Source: Lama guanicoe (Eukaryota). Taken from it: a DNA stretch of 64,000 bases. The first letter of the stretch is position 1. Each line of letters starts with the position of its first letter. The stretch lies in contig MU053557.1 of NCBI GenBank assembly GCA_013239625.1, positions 3,440,123 to 3,504,122 on the forward strand. Reading direction: 5' to 3'. The position numbers and the translations under genes were made by a program. Under the pieces are notes generated by a model that did no database searches, had not been told where the DNA came from, and worked only from the letters and a program-made list of their open reading frames with translations. Shown one piece after another: positions 55,501-64,000 of the stretch.

Positions 55501-57187
55501 TTTTTATGAATCTATGAGAAATGTAAACAGTTTTGACACTCTAGATATTTTCCAACCACCCTGATGGACTTGAGAAGCATGTATATAAAATTGAAATATG
55601 TTATGAGGTCACTTGAAGAAATAAGGAACATCCTACCACGAAGTGTGGTTCATTCCAACTAAAACAAGTTTTCCTAAAGTTTAAATACCAGTCAAAATAT
55701 TTAATATGCCAACAAGAATGACATTTTCAAGATAGCATTTGAGAAAAAGATAAGTAAATGTGTTTGTTGTTAAACAGCACATTTAAATAATACGTATGTA
55801 TCGCGCACATATTTTGCTTTTTTCTGACATCAAAGTGATGGCTCTTGTATTATTTTGTATCTAGACCCCACTAAGCCTCATTTCAGTTTTCAAAATTAGC
55901 CACACAAAAGGCAATAATTTTAATATGGTTATTAGGTATCAAATTCCTTAAAGTTGCTGAGAAAGGATTCTTACGAAGAGGAAAATGTTCAATTCCCTGC
56001 ATCCTGACAACATATATATTCCTCTAAGCAGATGGTCAATTGATTTCTTTAAAAATACCCAGATTCTGTAATTTAGAAGCTCATTATAAAATGGAGTCTT
56101 ACTGTCCCAGGTCTAGAAGCACCGAATGTTAAACAACTAAAGCACACTCTTACATGGACAGTCTACTCTAGAAAAAGCCACAGAAGTTCTTAAGAAAGAA
56201 TCCAGTCCATCCCAAATAAATGCATGTTTACGGCATACTTTTACAGGTTTTGATGAAAAAAAGATGCACTGCCTTATCTGGTTACACAGTTGACAATTCA
56301 AATTTGCTCCCAGAAAGTTCTTCATTTTGTATTTCTCATCTTCATTCTTTCTAATGAAGTTGAAGCCCACTGACCCTATTCTAGGTCCCCAAAATAGCAA
56401 GAAGCAATGCCCTATGTAAAATCCTCAGCTCTTTGAAGCAAATGATTGTCATTTCTCAGTTTTTTCTTCTTCAAGTGAAATGATCCTGGTTTATCTATCT
56501 CTTCTTAGAGAGTTCAACTTGTGGTCCTTTAAACATAGTTCACTTTCTGTGGGCCATCAGCAAAGGTCATATAATTGTCTCAAGTTGTAGAATCAAAAAC
56601 CAGACCCGTATTCCCATCAGGGTCTGACCACACAGCTGAAACATGCTACTCATAGTCATCTCTATGCCCATGACTTAGTGATTTGCCTCTGCTCAAACTG
56701 TACCAACCTCACCTATAAAACCACATCCTAATGAAAACTCAACACAAAGGAAATAAAACAAAGCCCAAGATACCTGTGTTCATTGCATGAAACAGGGCCA
56801 ACTATGACATCTCTTAATTTCTTAAAGCTTACTATAGATATATCTGAAATTTTAATTTGTCCAAGTCAAAAGTTATCATTAAAGATTCAGTACACAGCGT
56901 GTTACAAAATTTTGGATATGACATACAAGCCCAGTACCTCTTCCCCTACGCTACTTTATGGAGTTGTTACAATAAGGTCCACGGTAGCAGGACTTGACAG
57001 AGTTGTGAATCTATGTAATATATGACATGCCATGAGCATATTAATTCCATTCCTCCCATTAAGCCCACTGAAGAGCCTTCCCCTATAGAAACCAAACAGG
57101 ACATTTATTCTCAGAGAAATTAAACTGTAAACCTGATTCAAATAAATGAAGAGGGGCAGTGTGTAAAATCAAATGCATTATTTTCAC

Positions 57188-57285
57188 ATTTTCTATATCC
57201 CAGCAGCAAAGATATGGTTCTATTTACTATATTCCAGCAGCAGAGATACAGTTACATTTACTATATTCCAGGAGCAGGGATAAGA
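57188..57285. repeat. Degenerate 34-bp minisatellite, ~3 units
   Basis: Units start at 57188, 57222 and 57256 (atttactatattccagcagcagagata...). Confidence 0.85.
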
Positions 57286-58926
57286 TAAAATGCAAGATGA
57301 AAACAAAAATGCTGTTATTTTACATTGTAAAAAGTGTTTGCACTGACAGTGATACTGTTAAAGAGAGAGATGGATACAAACAGTCCACACAATGAATGTA
57401 GTATTACCAACAGTTTTACCTGCAAGGATGTTTCTGGCTTTAATTCAATGAAATCCCTTATCCTGGGAGGTAATGGAGCCCCGTACCCTACTCACCTCAG
57501 TCATCTTTCGTACACTGAGCTGCCTTAAAGCCGTGTGTGACACAGTAAAAGGTCAAGCAGATCCCACTAAGCATTTGCAAACTACAATAGCCCCCCCATT
57601 TCGCCTACCAGCCACACATTCACCCGCTGAGCTTTGCTCACTCTCTTGTTTCATTTCACTTCATTGTATAAGCAGGCTGATTTGGAGATGGCTAGGGTAC
57701 TTGGGAACATGTAGATTTTCAAAACAATCCCACTTTCCTACTTAACCACCTAGGTTAAAGAGGTAGACCCATGATACAACATTTGCGGGAACTGTAAAAT
57801 GGTGCCTGGATACTGAAGGAATGAACAGCAAACAGCAGCACTATGAAATAAAAGGAATGCATTTCACCTTCCAGCTCTTCTGTGCTTCCTGGGACACAAG
57901 GCACAAACAAGAAAGGCCTGGGGTAGAATTTCAAGAAAACTGATTTGTTTCAGTATTTATTTGGCAAGATGCTGGACACAAAATGATACCACAAGGCACC
58001 TCCCTTTCCTATCATTGTAAATTCAGGGCTCTCAAATCAACCCCCCACAAATCCAATTAAAAATAAAGAAAAGAGGCAGGCTATGAATTCACATCTAGAG
58101 CTATGGTACAGATTGTTCTAATTGGTCACAATGAAACTAAGGGACAATAACAAGAATAAATCTCGCATTAATCCAGATGAAGCCAATGAATAATAATATA
58201 AACCAGAAGAATAGTTTCAAAAATATGCAATTACCTCTAAGCATGCAAGGACATTTATAACCCATTAAAATGATTGCAAAGCACACTCTGCATATAAATA
58301 CGTTTCATAAATGCACTATCAGTGCTAAGTGACATGAGGGTATGTATGATATGCACATCCACAGGGTATTCATTTGTATATTCACCATTGAATCTGTGTA
58401 CCACAACCTGGCAAATGGTTTCTCAACAAGAGTGTGTTAGAATATGAAACGGAATGCTAAATTCTGGGGCCACCGCTTCTCAGCAATGAAGGAAATAAGC
58501 AAAATCACCTTATAATTAGGCCGAGAAGCTTAGGGGGGCACCAAATGTGTTTCTGAGGAAGGCCCAACCCTGTATGTGAGAGCTACAAATGAAATGATCC
58601 CTTTCAATAACACCCATTTCTTGTGAGCTCTTTTTCCATCCTCCGATTCTGTTGCTAAGCTTGGAAGGAAAGGAACCCAAGGGCTCCGTCTGCATTCTGA
58701 GCCAGTTCGAGATAAAGCCAGAACACCATTTTTTAAAAAACAACACAAGCAGATGCCTTCTTACTTCTCTCCTGCTGGCAACCTTCCTCTCTCTCATCCC
58801 CATCACTGTCTCCACATCTTCCTCTCCTCTGAGGGAGTCATTGTTCACGTGCAGGCCACAAATGCACACACAGGTCATTTAACCGTCAGCTAAACCGAGA
58901 GGATAAACCCGCTCTCTGCTACTTAC

Positions 58927-59290
58927 CATGCTGAGACCCGGAGAAGCTGTTGAAAGGAGGGAGAGATGCGAACTGAATCCATTTTCCTTGCGACCGAGTC
59001 GGATGCAGCCTCCGAACCCAACATCAGCAGCGGCTGCCGGGATTTTTTTTCCCCTCCCTCTCTGGTTGGCGATGGTGCGAAGAGGAACCACCCTTCCAGA
59101 CCCACTAGAGTATCAGCAGCCGAGGCAGCAGAAGCAGCACCATCACCACTTGGCCTCCTCCCTCTCGGAGGATGGGGTGAGCTCAGAAGCAGCCAGGAAC
59201 TTGCAGCAGACACCTCCTCTGGCTCCTCCTCTCCTGCCCCCTCCCCCAAAGCCCCACCCCTGCTGCGGTAGAGGCTGCCTGCCCTGGCAG
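58927..59290 (-). other. JAKMIP2: First exon (probably 5' UTR, with uORF ATGs) of a large minus-strand gene, most likely JAKMIP2; TSS approximate
   Basis: Most GC/CpG-rich stretch in the window. Ends at a consensus donor ...CCGGGTCTCAGCATG|GTAAGT (58926-58921). X-box and CCAAT motif lie at the 5' end. The gene name rests on recalled similarity to the human JAKMIP2 5' UTR and was not verified by a search. Confidence 0.6.
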
Positions 59291-59296
59291 CTGCTG

Positions 59297-59310
59297 GTTG
59301 TCACGGCAAC
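59297..59310. promoter_or_regulatory. RFX X-box
   Basis: GTTGTCACGGCAAC matches the palindromic X-box GTTGCCATGGCAAC at 12/14 positions and sits at the 5' edge of the first exon. Confidence 0.7.
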
Positions 59311-59312
59311 GA

Positions 59313-59317
59313 CCAAT
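59313..59317 (+). promoter_or_regulatory. CCAAT box (NF-Y-like)
   Basis: GACCAATG, 2 bp from the X-box within the promoter. Confidence 0.45.
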
Positions 59318-60614
59318 GGTAAGCGACCAGACTAAGGGGGAGGGGAGATGGGTGAAAAGAGCTGCAGGGGCTGGAGGGGAGTGAATTTGTGCCGCTGCCC
59401 TCTGAGATGCTCTTGGTCTCTCCCACTCTGGACTCCAGGTCTTTAAAAAATGGGGCATGGGTCCGTAGCCATGGGAAGAGAATAATTCCAATTTAATCAA
59501 AATCTAGACTGAACCATACAGAACATTAACAGAACATTAACTATTGTGTTCATTTTCTATGGTTTCCCAATACAATGTATTAAATTTGCAATCAGAAAAA
59601 CTAATAACAAATATGGAGAAAGTTATGTCGTGTAATAGATTATTATCACTCCATTTATGTTTGTCCTTTATAGCATCTTTTACTCAGTGCCACACAAGGT
59701 TGTTAACAAGGGAAATGAGTAGCTGGACTTCACAATAAAGAGAGTCAGTCTGATTCCTTGGCTCTACTCTGTGCTTGTTTTTCTCAGGTGAGTCACTTGG
59801 TTTTACTTACTGCTTTTCCAGCTCCCGCTCTGAAGACTAGAGTTGTTTGGCACTCCTCTGTGGAAAAGGAAGCTGGAACAGAGGAAAGAGAAATTCCTTG
59901 AGTTCCAAATCTTTCTAGTGTCAAACTCCCGGAGTGTTCAGTTTTCTGCAGGAAATTCTATGCCATTTCATGAATGCCCTGTAGGAGACCCCAAGCCAGC
60001 TGGTAGTCAGGATGGTAGGTAGGAAAAAAGGATGTGAAACCAGCTGTATTGAGTTCTTGATAAGTTCTGTTTCTGACTATAAATTATAAATGACAATAGT
60101 GTTTATCTCAGGCAGTCGTTGTAAAGATCGAATGAGATAATGCATTAAAAGCACTTGGCATGCAGTTAGCATACAATAAATGTTTACTCTTAACTACTAT
60201 TATTAGTAGTGGTGATAGTACATTGTAGCCACTTCTTAATCCTAGGGACTAAAGGAACAGCATGGCAATTTCAGACACAGGAAAAAATTCAGGTGAGAAG
60301 CCACTTAAGACATGATAGCTATGATGATGGTGATAGTGATGGTGATGATGGCAATGACAATGATGACAAAGACAGCGAGGCCCTGAGAGATTAAAGTTTC
60401 TCTAAAATGTGATAATTGCATATGTTGTAAGTCTTAAAGGAATTAAATAAATTTCTCAAGTCCACATAGCTTAAACATGGCAGAGCCAGAATTAAAATTC
60501 TGATGCTTTGAACATCAGCATTTGCTCTCCTGACCATTACATTTTCTGCCACTCCTTCATGGACCCAAGATCCTCATTCTTCTCAACCCATTGGGTTATT
60601 TACAGATTCAAATA

Positions 60615-60845
60615 GGGTAAGTACAGAGTTCAGAGTCAGACAGCCTGAGCTTGATTTGCTCCAGGTATAACTGGGGACATGTTAATTAACTTCCCTGAAG
60701 CTATGTTTTTTTCTCTGTGAAATGGAAAGAATCAGAGAACCTCACAGAGTCATTGTGAAAATCAAATACGATGAAATAGGATGATGCAAGCAGAGCATTA
60801 GCACAGTGTCCAGCACATAGTAAGTGTTCAATAAATGTTAGCTGT
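60615..60845 (+). mobile_element. MIR SINE (many further MIR/L2 fragments in the window are not listed)
   Basis: gagtcagacagcctgag...tagcacagtgtccagcacatagtaagtgttcaataaatgttagct. Confidence 0.8.
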
Positions 60846-61082
60846 GATTGTGCTACACATTCTTAAGTCATTACCATGAAAATGTGAGAGGACTTTTTCC
60901 TGCATGGGCTCACACTTGATGCCAAGGCCTCATTCTAATAGAACTGGTCAAAGAAAGGGGTTGCAACTCATCCTCAGCCCTTGGCGTTGAGTCCTCTCCC
61001 AGGGGACGCCTGCATCCTGCTCTGTGTGCCTAGTGCCCCTGCCTCCCACCAGCATCTGAACAATCACACAGTCTACACGCAC

Positions 61083-61316
61083 CTCCACGTCAGCGTCATG
61101 TAGGTGTAGTCGTGTAACATAAAGGAATGGGCGGTGATAGTCTAGCTTCTTTTGCGTTCTCTGTATTTCATCTTCTGCTGTCTCCACAAAAATGGTCATG
61201 TAACCAAGCAGAGAGGAAAAGCTATAGGTGACAGAATCCTCCTCACGGGCCTTGAGAGGAAGCGTTTCATCCTGAGCGGACTTGGCTGGGGTGAGTGGTT
61301 CTAGTTTTCTCTCCTC
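61083..61316 (-). CDS. Candidate 234-nt phase 0-0 coding exon, product unknown (EERKLEPLTP...HLHDADVE, 78 aa)
   Basis: Acceptor ctctgtctgtgttgacag| and donor GAG|GTGCGT. Length divisible by 3. One frame is fully open and the other two hit early stops. 8 CpGs in 234 nt against a CpG-poor background. No homolog recognised. Confidence 0.35.
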
Positions 61317-61679
61317 CTGTCAACACAGACAGAGTCAACTGGAGGAGAGAAAAGTGTTTGGTGTTCTCTCTTTAAACAACTCCCTAATTTAACCGTTCAA
61401 ATAGTACTCTTCCTTTTCTTTGCCATATCTCTGCAGCACTGTCACCATTATTTAATAATAGTTTTCTTTAGATATTTAATTATGTGGTATTTCTTTGTAT
61501 TTACTTTATTTGCAGTAGAACATTAATGAAATTAGGCTTGGTAAAGAGAATGTTCCCAGAGAAAGGAACTTCATGCAGAACAATACTTTTCTCTTTCTTT
61601 TTTAGTTAAACAGAGACTTCAAATTTATCTATAATAATTTTTAGTTAAAAAAATAAGATTTAAAATTTCATTCCATCTA

Positions 61680-61875
61680 TTTCCATTTCCTCTCTTACCA
61701 TGCTCTATTTTTCCATAGTATCTCTTGTCTTCTCATAAACTAGGTTATTTACTTGCGCTTGAAATTTTTATGTTTCTCCCCACTAGAATGTAAGCTATGA
61801 AAGGGCAGGAATGTTTATTTGTGAACTGTACCTGACCCATCTTAGATGCTCAATAAATATTTGTTGAGTGAACAA
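61680..61875 (+). mobile_element. L2 3' end
   Basis: ctccccactagaatgtaagctatgaaagggcagg...gctcaataaatatttgttgagtgaa. Confidence 0.8.
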
Positions 61876-62088
61876 ACCAGCAATTAAATAGAATATCAAC
61901 AACTTCTGCATCAAATCACAGCTATAAAAGTTATTACTAGGACATTATTTGTCCAGAGAATATTCGTCGAGAGAAATATTTTCAATATTCCTAGAAATTA
62001 AGAGTAAATAGTTGCAGTAATTATCTTTTTAGCATACATACATATTAACATAATACATATCTAATGCATACCTATAAAGCCTAAAACA

Positions 62089-62218
62089 CATGAAAACAAA
62101 TACAGGTATGTGTATGCATGACTGGGACATTGTGCTGTACCCCAGAAATCAACACATTGTAATTGACTGTACTTCAATAAAAAGAAAAAAAATAATAAAT
62201 AAAAGAGGCGAAAAAAAA
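62089..62218 (+). mobile_element. Short L1 3' end
   Basis: atgaaaacaaatac...gcatgactgggacattgtgctgtaccccagaaatc matches 52492-52580, followed by an A-rich tail. Confidence 0.85.
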
Positions 62219-63210
62219 TCTATAGCTATTAAAGTGGAAACATTTGCCCATGCATATTCAGAGTCATCTAGCATGTTGCTGGTAGTCTTTGGGAAACTCT
62301 GATTTTGGTCTAAGAGTATCTTCTCTAGAAAGGCTAATAGTGACTAGATTGTTCACCTTTCCTGGGACCTCTCCAAATCTGACTCCTGAATTCTATGAGA
62401 TGTCTGAAAAAGTACAGGGTTTTGGCTCCAAAAGCCACATTAAATTTTCAGGAGAAACCACAGCATAATGGGAGGAAGCTACAAAGTGTGGGCTCTGGAG
62501 ACAGGCTACCTGGATTGAGGCCATGCTTTACCATTTTTATTTTTTCTGAGTGACCTTGGGCAAGTTGCTGAATTTCTCTGTGCCTCAGTTTCTTTGAACT
62601 GATCAAAGATCATGTGTGCAAAGAGCCAGCATGTAATAAATAAATAATGTTGACTAATATCAATATAATTTTTAATAACCAGGGGTAGGCATAGCACTAT
62701 GAACTGTGGGTGTTTACGGAACACTCAGACCACTCCGGATTATTCTAAGAACTTGCTGTTATAACAGCAGACCAGCCACCAGCAGACTACGAGGAATTCT
62801 GGAGATGTTTATATCAGAGGTAGGCCAATGTCCTGACTTCCCCCCCAAAAGGGGGCAAAAAATGAGGGATTAGAGTCAGAAGTGGCTGTTGTTTATTCCC
62901 TGTCTACTCTGCAAGAGGTTATTAACATACTGTCTATTTACAGAGAACATTAAATGTAAGCAGTCAGGATCTTCTTGAGGTTATTGAGAGTAAGGGTATC
63001 ATTCTGACCTCAGTGCACGTCCTTTATCATCACTAGCAGGAAGCAAGGGTATTAAAAGAACTCCCCCTGAACGCTGTACTCCTAGGGCCAACCACCCTTG
63101 GATGACTCCCTACATAACAGGTGGACACTTCTGCATTTGCTCACCCTGTGTCCTCTGGAAGCCCCTCCTTTGACCCGATTATTCAGCCTTCAAGATTTAT
63201 CCATCAAAAC

Positions 63211-63709
63211 TGTTGACTGAAAAAATATGCACAACCTAAAAATTGAGAGTCATGTTTTATTCAGCAGACTTTCTGAGGACTCGAGCCCAGGAGGTGGCCT
63301 TTCAGATAGCTCTAAGAGACTGCTCTGAAGGGGCAGGGGAGAAGCCAGGATATATATGAGTTTTTGCAACAATGACCAGGTAATCAAAACATCAAAAAGA
63401 TTACTGTTAATTAAAGAAAACCAGATATTACAAGTTAATGGATTAAGTGCTTCTCTATGTGTGGGAAGGTTGAAAAGCCTGGGCTCACTGAAATCATTCC
63501 TCTGGTAGCACCTTAGCTATCTAGGGCCAGTGTCCTGTTCTTCCCATCCTGAGTTCCCTCCGGTGCACCATTGGGGGTGGGTGCAGAGGCCAGACTGCCT
63601 ACTTGTCTCCATCCTGAGTTCCCTCTGCTCACTGTCAGAGGTAGCCAGTGACTGGATGGCCACAGAATCCTTTGTTTACTGATACGGCAAGCAGTATTTT
63701 TCATTCACA
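63211..63709 (-). mobile_element. ERV1-class solo LTR (MER41-like family assignment tentative)
   Basis: ~500 bp bounded by TG...CA. Minus-strand TATA (~63350) and AATAAA (~63255). Internal direct repeat ccatcctgagttccctc occurs twice. TSD not clear. Confidence 0.7.
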
Positions 63710-64000
63710 TCTCCTTCAGGGGGCTCATCACTGATACCAGATTAGCATCAAATTCGCATTAGAACTGAGTGACCCATTGTCCCTTGTCACATCTTTTTTT
63801 TTACTACACTCACGTTGTTGAATGGTAAATACTTTTTTGTCTTTTTCTCCTACTTGACTGTACACGCTGTGAGGTCAGGGATACTGTTCATCCATTCATT
63901 TACTGATGCATTAATATAACAGATACTTATTGCTAGCTGCTCCTGTGTGCTGTACTAGGTACCAGAGACGTAGCTGTGAATAAGGTAACATGTAAATTCT

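Larger units (their letters stand above)
1..58926 (-). other. Large first intron (5' portion) of the same gene
   Basis: Follows the strong donor. No recognisable coding exon in 59 kb. Repeat-rich, and the young L1s are antisense to this direction, as expected for an intron. Confidence 0.6.

Noticed and set aside
57188..57285. Regularly spaced ~34-bp repeats as a CRISPR-like array
   Set aside because: Head-to-tail tandem units without unique spacers, in mammalian DNA with no cas genes.
58928..59335. 135-aa plus-strand ORF with Q/H/P runs, and the overlapping ORFs on both strands
   Set aside because: Long stop-free frames are expected in a GC-rich, low-complexity first exon. Several overlap and none resembles a known protein.

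Overview
Mammalian genomic DNA, AT-rich and dense in interspersed repeats (MIR, L2, L1, MaLR, hAT-Charlie, one ERV1-like solo LTR). The tRNA-derived SINEs and the young L1 3' UTRs look camelid (alpaca/llama/camel); this is an inference from recalled family consensus sequences. The main genic signal is a GC-rich first exon on the minus strand (~59290 to 58927, donor ATG|GTAAGT) with an RFX X-box and CCAAT motif at its 5' end. From memory it matches the non-coding exon 1 of JAKMIP2 (unverified). If so, 1-58926 is the 5' part of a very large intron 1 and 59.3-64 kb is upstream sequence. No complete protein-coding gene, RNA gene or CRISPR array is present. Nearly all ORFs in the supplied track are repeat-derived or chance ORFs. 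I found no convincing new biological system. The best leads are an unexplained 234-nt open, phase-0 exon-like segment 1.8 kb upstream of exon 1, a possible 7-nt neural-type microexon, a ~200-bp dispersed duplication, several well-preserved L1 insertion signatures, and candidate regulatory motifs (X-box, G4, RE1-like, intronic CpG cluster).
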